From: Candidatus Latescibacterota bacterium
Lineage (GTDB): Bacteria > Latescibacterota > UBA2968 > GCA-2709665
Direction of reading: 5' to 3'
Assembly: GCA_965116875.1 (NCBI GenBank)
Contig: OZ220733.1
Location: 4,256,001-4,320,000, forward strand
DNA length: 64,000 nucleotides
Of the stretch, positions 27,911-37,204 are shown one piece after another. Under the pieces are notes generated by a model. It made no database searches. It saw nothing but the letters and a program-made list of their open reading frames with translations, and was not told where the DNA came from. The position numbers were made by a program, and so were the translations under genes. How positions within the stretch are numbered: position 1 is the first letter of the stretch; each line of letters opens with the position of its first letter.

Positions 27911-29248
27911 ATGCAACAGATGACGTCATACGCAACCGATACACCGCTGCCCCGCGTACGCAACGTTGAGGTGATCCCGATCGATCAGGGTGGCAGCCGC
28001 ATGTTCTACGTTCGGGATCCAATGGAGATCGCGCCGCAGCCTCTGATGCTCGGACCGGCGGGGATGCTCGTTTTGTCGCATCTGGACGGCCGGCGCACCA
28101 TCGATCAGATTCTCGAGTCCTTGCAAAAAGCGTTTCCGGGTGGCGAGGTGGGGGATCGCGAGGTCCGTCATGTGCTGAGCAAGTTGAGCGAGGGCTGCTA
28201 CCTGGACGACCCCGTGGCCGCGGCCCGGATCACCCGGATACGCGAGGAATTCGACCGCACCGACGTTCGGCCGGCATGGCACGCGGGCACCGCCTACCCG
28301 AACGACCCTGGAGAACTCGCCGGGATGCTCGACGGGTTCTTCGGAGCCGCCGCTTCGTCCGTGAAGGCGCAACGTGGAGACGGGAACAGGGACCGGAAAG
28401 CGCGGCTTGCGGCCATCATGTGTCCTCACATCGATCTGCGCGCAGGCGGTGAGACGTATCCGCCTGCCTTCAATGCGCTGGCCGCGGCCTCCGCCGGTTC
28501 GCGGCCCTGCGAGCTCTTTATCATTCTCGGTGTGGCGCACAATGGCGGAACGGAACCGGGAGCGAGCTTTGCCATTGCGACCGGCAAACACTACGAAACG
28601 CCGTTTGGACGAGTGCCGACAGCCGCTGACGTAATCAAGGACTGGTCCGGCCGCGCCGGGCGCGACGTCGCGGAGCAACAGTGGATGCACCGGACCGAGC
28701 ACTCGGTCGAGTTCGCTCTGCTGTTTCTTCAGTATATCCAGGCACGGGAGGAATTGGCGCCGTTCCGGGTGGTGCCGGTCCTGCTTGGTAGCGTCGATCA
28801 CTGCCTGCAGGAAGGACGGAATCCCCTGCAGGCCCCCGAGGTGGCCAACGAACTCGATGCGCTGAGCGAGGCGGTGTCTGCGAGCGGAAAGCGTGCCCTG
28901 TACGTGCTCAGCGTGGACCTGGCGCACGTCGGTCCGAAATTCGGCCATCCGGACCGGATCGACGATGCTGCAGCTGCGGCCTGCGAGACGGCCGACCGCG
29001 AACTGCTGGGCTATGCGCAACGGTTCGACGCGGCCGGCCTCTACCGGTCGCTGCACGCGGACGGAAACAGCCGGAACGTGGACGCCGTCGCGGGTCTGTT
29101 TTCGCTCCATTCGCTTCTGGACGGCGCAGATTGCCGCGGCGACCTGCTCAGCTACGGGCAGAACCGCCAGGGCGATACCGGTTCCCTGGTCAGCTACGCC
29201 AGCATGGCCTTCTATACAACGCCGTCGAAGCCCGCTCCAGGCGGTTGA
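27911..29248 (+). CDS. MEMO1 family (AmmeMemoRadiSam protein B) with N-terminal PqqD/RRE-like domain
   Basis: RPAWHAGTAYP, PHID, LGVAH, YETPFG, EHSVE, SVDLAHVG, VSYASMAF; N-terminal LDGRRTIDQI. Confidence 0.85.
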   Translation: MQQMTSYATDTPLPRVRNVEVIPIDQGGSRMFYVRDPMEIAPQPLMLGPAGMLVLSHLDGRRTIDQILESLQKAFPGGEVGDREVRHVLSKLSEGCYLDDPVAAARITRIREEFDRTDVRPAWHAGTAYPNDPGELAGMLDGFFGAAASSVKAQRGDGNRDRKARLAAIMCPHIDLRAGGETYPPAFNALAAASAGSRPCELFIILGVAHNGGTEPGASFAIATGKHYETPFGRVPTAADVIKDWSGRAGRDVAEQQWMHRTEHSVEFALLFLQYIQAREELAPFRVVPVLLGSVDHCLQEGRNPLQAPEVANELDALSEAVSASGKRALYVLSVDLAHVGPKFGHPDRIDDAAAAACETADRELLGYAQRFDAAGLYRSLHADGNSRNVDAVAGLFSLHSLLDGADCRGDLLSYGQNRQGDTGSLVSYASMAFYTTPSKPAPGG

Positions 29249-29365
29249 CCGGCAGAACAACCCGCCTGTCAGTGCATTCTCCCCCTCTCCTTGCCGCTCG
29301 CGCCAATCCCCCTTACCCGTTATATTGGACGAGTTCAGCGACATTCGATCGTGAAGGAGGTCGTC

Positions 29366-30211
29366 ATGCCCCGAAGATGGTTGCGTGTGGCCGCGGTTCA
29401 GATGCACGTCAATGACGACGTCGAGAAGAATACGCGCGGGATCGTCGACCGGTTGAACGCGTGCGCCCGTGAGAAGGTCGACGTGGCCGCGTTCCACGAG
29501 GGCGTTCTGTACGGCTATTGCGACCGACCGGATTTCTGGGCGGACCTGGATCAATCCCGCATCGAAATTGCGGAACGGCAGATCGTCCGGGCCTGCCAGG
29601 AGACAGGCATCGCTGCCGTCGTTGGTTCCACCCATCAGGAAGACGGACGCCAGTTCAACAGCTTGCTGGTTGTGGACAGAGACGGCACGGTTCGGGGCCG
29701 TTACGGCAAGATCCACCTTGCGGGCGAGCAATGGTTCGAGCCGTCCCGGCACCTGCCCGTTTACAGACTGTGCGGCGTTCCGTGTTGTTTCCTGATCTGC
29801 CACGATATCCGCTATCCCGAACTCGTGCGGCTGCCCGCGGCGGCCGGCGCGCAGGTCTGCTTTTTCTGCAGTTGCGAGAGTTCCGTCACTTCCGAGCATA
29901 AATTGTCGGCCTACAGGGCGATGCCCATCAGCCGCGCGACCGAGAACGGCATCTACGTGGTTATGGCCAACGCGCCTGCCGATCCAACGGATATCGACCG
30001 TGCGGGGTCGTCCCATGGCGAATCGAAGATCATCCATCCTGACGGGAATGTGAGTGCGGAAGCCGGAATGTTTACGGACGAGATCGTCATCCGCAGGCTC
30101 GATCTCCACGCGGCGTCACGAAATATCGCGATGCGCGCCGTAAACGACGTCACGTGCATCAGCGATTGGATGAAGGAAGGCGTGAAGCTTGTAGAAGGGG
30201 GAGTCGCCTGA
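29366..30211 (+). CDS. Carbon-nitrogen hydrolase (nitrilase superfamily)
   Basis: E-K-C triad in FHEG, YGKIHL and ICHDIRYPE; SRATEN. Confidence 0.9.
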   Translation: MPRRWLRVAAVQMHVNDDVEKNTRGIVDRLNACAREKVDVAAFHEGVLYGYCDRPDFWADLDQSRIEIAERQIVRACQETGIAAVVGSTHQEDGRQFNSLLVVDRDGTVRGRYGKIHLAGEQWFEPSRHLPVYRLCGVPCCFLICHDIRYPELVRLPAAAGAQVCFFCSCESSVTSEHKLSAYRAMPISRATENGIYVVMANAPADPTDIDRAGSSHGESKIIHPDGNVSAEAGMFTDEIVIRRLDLHAASRNIAMRAVNDVTCISDWMKEGVKLVEGGVA

Positions 30212-30242
30212 CCGATCGCTTCATCGAACCTGGGGAGTATGA

Positions 30243-31700
30243 ATGAGAGGGTCCAGACCGAATATCCTGTGGATCTGCACGGACCAGCAGCGGTATGACA
30301 CCATCGGCGCGCTGGGGAACCCGCACGTGGACACGCCGAAACTCGACCGCCTCGTCGAGGAGGGGTTCGCCTTTACGCAAGCGTACTGCCAGAGTCCGAT
30401 CTGCACGCCCAGCCGCGCGAGTTTTCTCACCGGACAATACGCGAGCGCCGTCCACGTGAACGGCAACGGCAATTCGCACTTTCCGGATACGCCCCCGCTT
30501 GTTACGAAGTTGCTCGCAGACAGCGGGTACGATTGCGGACTGATTGGCAAATTGCATCTGTCCAGCGCGTTCGGGCGCGTGGAAGCGCGGGTGGATGACG
30601 GGTACCGGTACTGGCAATACAGCCACGCGCCGAGGGACGACTGGGAGACTGGACACGACTACGCCGACTGGGTGCGATCAAACGGGGAGGTGCTGGGGGA
30701 ACTGACAAAGAGTCCGGATGGCGTGCCGGCGGAACTGCACCAGACCACCTGGTGTGCGGAAAAGACCATCGACTTCCTGAGCGAAACACGCGACGGCCCC
30801 TGGCTGGCCTCGGTGAATATCTACGATCCGCATCCGCCGTTCAATCCGCCACGAACGTACCGCGACCTGTTCGATCCCGCCCGGGTGAACGGTCCACTGT
30901 TCAGAGACAGCGATCTCGCACAGCAGAAGCAACTGGAAGCCGTCGACTTTCAGTCCAAAGGGCGGCATCCCAACGACCTGGACATCAAGAGCCCGGTGAT
31001 CCCCTGGACGCAGACCCACGGGCTGGTGGAGCCGGAAACGGCCGGAAAGCGGGACGCCGGAACGCTGATCGCCGCGTATTACGCCATGATCAAGCTGATC
31101 GACGACCAGGTGGGGCGGATCATGGCCGCGCTGGATGCCACCGGCCAGCGTGAGAATACGCTCGTGATCTTCACCAGCGACCACGGCGAGATGCTGGGAG
31201 ACCACGGGCTGATTCAAAAGGGATGCCGATTCTACGAAGGGCTGGTGCGGGTGCCGCTGATCTTCTCGTGGCCGGGATACGTGAAGTCAGGACAGAGAAG
31301 CGACGCGCTGGTGGAACTGCGCGACGTCGCCCCGCTCCTGCTGGAACTGGCGGGGTTGCCGGTTCCGGAGCGGATGCAGCCGCGTTCTTTGGTTCCCATG
31401 CTCAGCGGCGGGAAACCGGCCGGCGAACATCGTGAATACGTCCGATGTGAATTCTACGATGCGCTGGACCAAGCCGACGGGACGTTCGCCACGATGTACC
31501 GCGACCGCCGGTACAAGCTCGTCGTCTACCACGGGCACGGTCTTGGCGAACTCTACGACCTCGAGGAGGACCCGGGCGAGTTCGATAACCTGTGGGACAG
31601 CCCCGGTCACGCAGAGGTAAAAATCGACCTCATGCAGCGCAGCTTCGATGCGTCCATGCTCGCCATGGACCGGGGCCCTGAACGCATCGGGCCGATGTGA
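30243..31700 (+). CDS. Sulfatase (Cys-type, formylglycine-dependent)
   Basis: RPNILWICTDQQR, CTPSRASFLTG, GKLH, PHPP, SDHG. Confidence 0.93.
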   Translation: MRGSRPNILWICTDQQRYDTIGALGNPHVDTPKLDRLVEEGFAFTQAYCQSPICTPSRASFLTGQYASAVHVNGNGNSHFPDTPPLVTKLLADSGYDCGLIGKLHLSSAFGRVEARVDDGYRYWQYSHAPRDDWETGHDYADWVRSNGEVLGELTKSPDGVPAELHQTTWCAEKTIDFLSETRDGPWLASVNIYDPHPPFNPPRTYRDLFDPARVNGPLFRDSDLAQQKQLEAVDFQSKGRHPNDLDIKSPVIPWTQTHGLVEPETAGKRDAGTLIAAYYAMIKLIDDQVGRIMAALDATGQRENTLVIFTSDHGEMLGDHGLIQKGCRFYEGLVRVPLIFSWPGYVKSGQRSDALVELRDVAPLLLELAGLPVPERMQPRSLVPMLSGGKPAGEHREYVRCEFYDALDQADGTFATMYRDRRYKLVVYHGHGLGELYDLEEDPGEFDNLWDSPGHAEVKIDLMQRSFDASMLAMDRGPERIGPM

Positions 31701-31751
31701 GGGCGGGAGACAGATGAAAACATACAACTCCCACAAATGTCAGGAGGAATA

Positions 31752-32507
31752 ATGGGAAATCCGGTAGTCCACTTTGAAATCGCAGGCCCCGATGGTCCCG
31801 CCTTGCAGCAGTTCTACCAAGACCTCTTCGGATGGAATGTACAGACGCAGGGACAGGAGATGGGTAACTACGGGTTGGTACAGACCAATGAAGGAGGCAT
31901 CGGCGGCGGAATCATGGAAACCACCGAGGACATGCATGCCAGCAACTACGTGACGTTCTACATCCAGGTCGACGACCTCCAGGCAGCCCTGGACAAGCTG
32001 TCCGGGATGGGAGGAGCCACTGCGATGCCGCCGATGGAGATTGCACCCGGTATGGGATCCATTGCCATGTTCACCGACCCAGCTAAAAACACCATCGGAC
32101 TCTACTGTCTGCCCGCCGAATGGGACGGCGAGATGCCGCCAAAGGGGAATGCGCCACCTGTTGTGCACTTCGAGGTCGGCGGAAGCGACGCGGAAGCGCT
32201 TAACGACTTCTACACGGAGATGTTTGGCTGGCGGGCCAACCTTATGCATGAGATGAACTATCGACTCGTAGAGCAGGAACCGGAGGGCATCGGGGGCGGT
32301 ATGTTCCAACACATGGACAATATGCCGCCAAACGCACCCTCGGTTGCCGTGATGGTTGACGACCTGCAGGCCTATCTTGACAAGGCTGTAAGCCTAGGCG
32401 CGACGCCCGTGATGCAGCCAAACGAGATTCCCGGCGGCTTCGGTTCGCTTGCGATCTTTAACGATATCGCAGGCAATCGGATTTCCCTCTTCAAGCCGTC
32501 TGAGTAG
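31752..32507 (+). CDS. Two-domain VOC/glyoxalase protein
   Basis: Internal duplication PVVHFEI...VDDLQA...DPAKN / PVVHFEV...VDDLQA...DIAGN. Confidence 0.9.
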   Translation: MGNPVVHFEIAGPDGPALQQFYQDLFGWNVQTQGQEMGNYGLVQTNEGGIGGGIMETTEDMHASNYVTFYIQVDDLQAALDKLSGMGGATAMPPMEIAPGMGSIAMFTDPAKNTIGLYCLPAEWDGEMPPKGNAPPVVHFEVGGSDAEALNDFYTEMFGWRANLMHEMNYRLVEQEPEGIGGGMFQHMDNMPPNAPSVAVMVDDLQAYLDKAVSLGATPVMQPNEIPGGFGSLAIFNDIAGNRISLFKPSE

Positions 32508-32745
32508 CACATCTATACAGGTAACTGACAATTCATCGGCAACGCTGCCAGGGCCAGGCACTGCGTCAAGACGGCGCGTTGAAACGGAATCCCCGCAAGT
32601 CAGGACCGGGAGCGTCGCCCCTGGTCTCGGAACGACTTCACTTCCGGGTGTATCCCTTTGGCACCCAAACCCTTCTGGCCAGCTCTTTTTCGTAGTCGGA
32701 TGGTACGATTTCGCCGAGGATGCTGGAGGGCATCAGAAACTGTCA

Positions 32746-33249
32746 ATGAAAGCGGTGAAGACGATCTTCAACTTCGTGGCCACCTATTACGATTTTGAGC
32801 GCAATTTCGCGGCGTTTTTAGATCGCGCCGAAGACGTCGCCCGTTTCGAGGCGCTCGGCACGACAGAGCAGGGCAACTCTGCGAAGACGTTACACATCGG
32901 ATATCTGAAACGATGTGGGGCGATCGGATTCTATTGTCCGGATTGGGTCGTCGTTCAGGTCACAGATGGCGGCGAGGTATACTGGGTCGTGGAAACTAAA
33001 GGTCGAGTCTGGGAAGGTGCTGACGATATCAATACGGTAGTGCGGGAGTGGTGCAAGCGGGAAAGCGAAGCCACGGGAAATCCATGGAAGTACACACGCA
33101 TCGATCAGTCCGAGTTTTCCGACGAATACACCTCGTTCCGCACGTTACTCTGGAAGAAAGCGCTCAAAGCATCGAGTGAACGCCATCGGGAGATGCTGCC
33201 AGTGGCGCAAGAAGAAATCCGCCGGTGGAAAGGGGAGGGCCGAGGCTGA
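32746..33249 (+). pseudogene. C-terminal PD-(D/E)xK nuclease fragment of a type III restriction Res-like subunit, with antitoxin-like tail
   Basis: KTIFN..FERNFAAFLD, FYCPDWVV, VVETKGR, WKY; no helicase domain upstream. Confidence 0.65.
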
Positions 33250-33683
33250 TAGCGACGGTAATCGAGGAACCTGTTATTGGGGCGCAGTTACGTCCAGATG
33301 GGGCGTATAGCGACTTTGCCCCTGTTTTGCCGGAACGACTGCATACCGAGTAGCGCATTGCACCGATCAATTTTTAGTTTGAAATTCGAAGCGTCCTGCT
33401 CATGGCGAATCGTCGCAATCGAATAGACCAGGGACAACTTGAAGCCTGCCTTGTTTAACTGACGGACGAGCTTACATTTTGAGAGGACTCGCAACGCTAT
33501 GAATCCGCGGTCCTGGACCTCGCGCAGTCGCATAGGCTGACCGTATACGATGCAAGCTATCTCGAAACCGCCGTCCGACGCAAAGCCAGGTTGGCGACAT
33601 TCGACGGGAACCTCGCAAAGGCAGCATTCAAAGAGAAAACCAACAATCCGGCGGTGGATTTGGGCGCGGTGCGGATGGGTTGA
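33249..33683 (+). pseudogene. vapC (PIN toxin) pseudogene
   Basis: One frame reads FEIRSVLLMANRR...AVLDLAQSHRLTVYDASYLETAVRRKARLATFDGNLAKAA, interrupted by four stops; first codon is ATA in a TGATA junction. Confidence 0.8.
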
Positions 33684-34109
33684 TCGTGGTTCGGTGTCAC
33701 GCGTCTCCCTCTCGGGTTGCCCATCGAGAAACGGATTGGCTTCGTAAGATACATAACCAAGCCGAACCACGAGTGGCGTCGACGTGGGAATACCGACACC
33801 GACCAATTGGTTTTTGAGGATGTAGAATTGGTTGTATTGGATGAACAACGAGTAATCGTGGCCTTCCTCGTTTTCAGTATGATCGGCAACGGAGCAGTAG
33901 GTCCCCGGGGACTATTTTCTATTGAAGAAAGCTGATCTCCCGCAAGTAATCATCGTTAACCGAATTGACATCCATTTTCGCAAAACTCTGCTGGTACGAT
34001 AGTTGCAGCACTTGAACCATCCAACACTTTCTGCGTGGGTCACGGGCTTCCTGCCATGAACCCGCGGCGATGCCGGCTGTTCCGCATTTCAAGTGAAGGA
34101 TGGTTCAAC

Positions 34110-36209
34110 ATGACTGAGAAAACGGATGCACTCAAGCTCCTCAGGTTGGCTACGAATGACCTGGACGTTGACTTTCGGCGGGGCCAGTGGGAAGCGATCG
34201 ACGCCCTGGTGAACAGGAGGGCTCGACTGCTGGTTGTCGAGCGTACCGGATGGGGCAAGAGTTCGGTCTACTTCATCGCTACACGCATTCTCCGTAACAG
34301 AGGGCGCGGACCGACCCTGATCGTCTCGCCGCTCCTCGCCCTGATGCGAAATCAGATCGACGCCGCCTGTCGTTTGGGGATCCGCGCGCTCACGATCAAC
34401 TCTGCAAACAAAGAGGAGTGGCCGCGAATTCGGCGCGCCGTGCGGGAGAACGAAGCGGATGCGCTTCTGATTTCGCCCGAGAGGCTGGCGAACGACGAAT
34501 TCGTTGCAAGCGTCTTGCTGCCCGTTGCCGCTCGAATCGGGCTGCTGGTCGTCGATGAAGCGCATTGCATTTCTGACTGGGGGCATGACTTCCGTCCGGA
34601 CTACCGGCGACTCGTCGGCGTTTTGCGGCGAATGCCCGCCAGTGTGCCGATACTTGGCACAACGGCAACGGCGAACGACCGTGTGGTTGAGGATGTCCGG
34701 ACCCAGCTTGGCGATATCGATATACAGCGTGGAAACCTGGTGCGTCGAACACTTGCGCTCCAGAAAATGCGGCTGCCCTCGCAGGCGGAGCGATTGGCAT
34801 GGCTCGCGGAACGAATTGACTCTTTGCCTGGTACGGGAATCGTCTATACCCTAACCAGGCGCGATGCGAACCTCGTTGAAAAGTGGCTCCGGAGTCACGG
34901 TATTTCAGCGAGAGCGTACTATAGCGGCGTGAGGAGTGTCGACTTCGAGGACTCGAACGCATATCGTCTGCACCTCGAACAAAAGCTGCTCCGTAACGAA
35001 ATAAAGGCATTGGTGGCAACGACGGCGCTCGGCATGGGGTACGACAAACCGGACATCGGTTTCGTCGTCCACTACCAGGCGCCCGGTTCGATTGTCGCCT
35101 ACTATCAGCAGGTCGGCAGGGCCGGTCGCGCCATCTCACGCGCCATCGGAATATTGATGTCAGGAGACGAGGATGCCGACATTCATGAGTATTTCCGACG
35201 AAGCGCTTTTCCCATGGAGGAGTGGGTAACCGCTATACTCGGCGCCCTGGAAAAGAGCGATGGCTTGCGTATCAGTCAAATCGAAAGAGCCGTCAATCTG
35301 ACGCGCGGTCAGATTGAGCAAGTGCTCAAATTCCTGTCTGTGGACAGTCCTGCGCCTGTCATTCGATCCGGGTACAAATGGGCCCGCACGGCTGTAAAAT
35401 ACGTGATGGACCGTGAACGAATCCAGCGACTCACGGAAAAACGTGAAATCGAGTGGCAGGAGGTCCAGGAGTATATCGAAACAGACCGGTGCCTGATGGA
35501 ATTCCTCACCCGGTCGCTCGACGATATGGACCCGAAACCGTGCGGCAAATGTGCCTCATGCCGCCGTCGACCGCTCGTCAATCCGTCCTTCACTCGAAAG
35601 GCAGCCATAGCGGCATCCCGATTCCTTCGTCATTCCGAATTCGCGCTGCTATGCAACAGGCAGGTCGCCAGAGACGCATTCCACGAGTATGGCTTTCGCG
35701 GAAATCTGCCTACTGACCTCCGTGCGCAGACGGGACGGGTCCTCTCTCGATGGGGCGACGCGGGATGGGGGCAGTTGGTGGCTGATGACAAGCACCGTGG
35801 CCGCTTTCGTGATGACCTTGTGAATGCGGTTGTGGAGATGATGATCGACCGGTGGAGACCGTCTCCGACCCCCAAATGGGTCACGTGCGTCCCCTCCAGG
35901 AATCGACCGGACCTCGTCCCTGACTACGCGGAACGTTTGGCGGCGGCATTGGGACTGACGTTCGAACCGGTTGTAGCGAAGGTAAAGGACAACGATCCGC
36001 AGAAGCTGCAACAGAACCGATTCCATCAGTGCAGAAACCTCGACGGCGCATTCAAAATCGGCTGTCCCGTGCCGGACGGACCGGTCCTTCTGGTTGACGA
36101 CGTGGTCGACTCCGGCTGGACGATGACCGTAATCGCTGCGCTGCTAAGACAATCCGGAAGCGGGCCCGTATGGCCGATGGCTCTGGCGACCTCGAGAATG
36201 GCGGCGTGA
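34110..36209 (+). CDS. RecQ-like helicase with C-terminal PRTase domain (RqlH-type)
   Basis: TGWGKS, DEAHCISDWGHDFRPDY, TATA, GMGYDKPD, QQVGRAGR, C..CGKCASC zinc site, VLLVDDVVDSGWT PRPP motif. Confidence 0.92.
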   Translation: MTEKTDALKLLRLATNDLDVDFRRGQWEAIDALVNRRARLLVVERTGWGKSSVYFIATRILRNRGRGPTLIVSPLLALMRNQIDAACRLGIRALTINSANKEEWPRIRRAVRENEADALLISPERLANDEFVASVLLPVAARIGLLVVDEAHCISDWGHDFRPDYRRLVGVLRRMPASVPILGTTATANDRVVEDVRTQLGDIDIQRGNLVRRTLALQKMRLPSQAERLAWLAERIDSLPGTGIVYTLTRRDANLVEKWLRSHGISARAYYSGVRSVDFEDSNAYRLHLEQKLLRNEIKALVATTALGMGYDKPDIGFVVHYQAPGSIVAYYQQVGRAGRAISRAIGILMSGDEDADIHEYFRRSAFPMEEWVTAILGALEKSDGLRISQIERAVNLTRGQIEQVLKFLSVDSPAPVIRSGYKWARTAVKYVMDRERIQRLTEKREIEWQEVQEYIETDRCLMEFLTRSLDDMDPKPCGKCASCRRRPLVNPSFTRKAAIAASRFLRHSEFALLCNRQVARDAFHEYGFRGNLPTDLRAQTGRVLSRWGDAGWGQLVADDKHRGRFRDDLVNAVVEMMIDRWRPSPTPKWVTCVPSRNRPDLVPDYAERLAAALGLTFEPVVAKVKDNDPQKLQQNRFHQCRNLDGAFKIGCPVPDGPVLLVDDVVDSGWTMTVIAALLRQSGSGPVWPMALATSRMAA

Positions 36210-36210
36210 C

Positions 36211-37194
36211 ATGAAATCAGGTTCCAATACGCAGGCTGTAACGCTGCTTACGGTCTCCTTTGGCAGATCCGACAGGTCGAAGGCAAAACCGCTCTCGCCG
36301 AAAGAATGGGCGCGCCTGGCGACGTGGCTCAGAAGTCGCAATCTGGAGGTGTCAGATCTGCTGAGAGGTGAATTGACGGGTCAGCTTGAGGGTTGGACGG
36401 ATCGTTCAATCACACTGTCCAGATTGGAAAGTCTTTTTGACCGGGGAGGCGCGCTTGGATTGGCGCAGGAGAAATGGCAGCGTGCCGGCCTCTGGATGAT
36501 GACGCAATGGGATTCGGAATATCCGGAAAAGTTGAAACGCCGGCTTGGATTGGAATGTCCACCCGTACTATTCGGCTGCGGAAACGAAATGCTCCTTGCA
36601 CGCGGCGGCATCGCCGTTGTTGGCTCTCGAGATGCAGGCCGGGAAGACCTCACTTTTGCCGGAGACCTTGGCGCTGCCGCCTCTGCACAGGGATATTCGG
36701 TCGTCTCGGGCGCGGCTCGCGGGGTGGACGAGAGCGCCATGTTGAGCGCACTGGAGAACGAAGGTACGGCAATCGGCGTTGTCGCAGACAGCCTGATGCG
36801 CGCGGCGACCTCTGAGAAATATCGCAGATTTCTTCTCTCGCGTGATCTGGCGCTGGTAACACCATTCAATCCGGAAGCGGGATTCAGCATTGGGAATGCG
36901 ATGTCCAGAAACCGGTACATCTATTGCCTGGCCGACGCGGCGATCGTGGTCAGCAGTACGCCGAATCGTGGAGGAACGTGGAACGGGGCGCTCGAAGACT
37001 TAAAGGCCGCATGGGTGCCTCTGTGGGTCAAACGCACGGCAAACGCGGAATCAGGAAATGCAATGCTCGTTCAGAAGGGTGCGCGCTGGATACCCGACGA
37101 TCTGGCGTCACTTGAATCCTTGACGGCATCAGGGCCGGATAAAGCGTTACGGCTCGAGCTTCCCCTGATGCGTCGGAGGAAGAGGCATCCATAA
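36211..37194 (+). CDS. DprA/Smf (SLOG) domain protein, RqlI-like
   Basis: YPEKLK, PPVLFGCG, AVVGSRDA, VSGAARGVD, AMSRNRYIYCLAD, GGTW; starts 1 nt after the helicase stop. Confidence 0.88.
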   Translation: MKSGSNTQAVTLLTVSFGRSDRSKAKPLSPKEWARLATWLRSRNLEVSDLLRGELTGQLEGWTDRSITLSRLESLFDRGGALGLAQEKWQRAGLWMMTQWDSEYPEKLKRRLGLECPPVLFGCGNEMLLARGGIAVVGSRDAGREDLTFAGDLGAAASAQGYSVVSGAARGVDESAMLSALENEGTAIGVVADSLMRAATSEKYRRFLLSRDLALVTPFNPEAGFSIGNAMSRNRYIYCLADAAIVVSSTPNRGGTWNGALEDLKAAWVPLWVKRTANAESGNAMLVQKGARWIPDDLASLESLTASGPDKALRLELPLMRRRKRHP

Positions 37195-37204
37195 AATCCA
37201 ATCG

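Noticed and set aside
27926-30109. 727-aa minus-strand ORF (similarly 40707-42914, 13042-14508, 25347-26852, 50656-52152)
   Set aside because: Antisense shadows of well-supported plus-strand genes, as expected in high-GC DNA.
33288-33935. Short ORFs on both strands listed in the track
   Set aside because: Mostly antisense to, or overlapping, the vapC pseudogene; no recognisable motifs.
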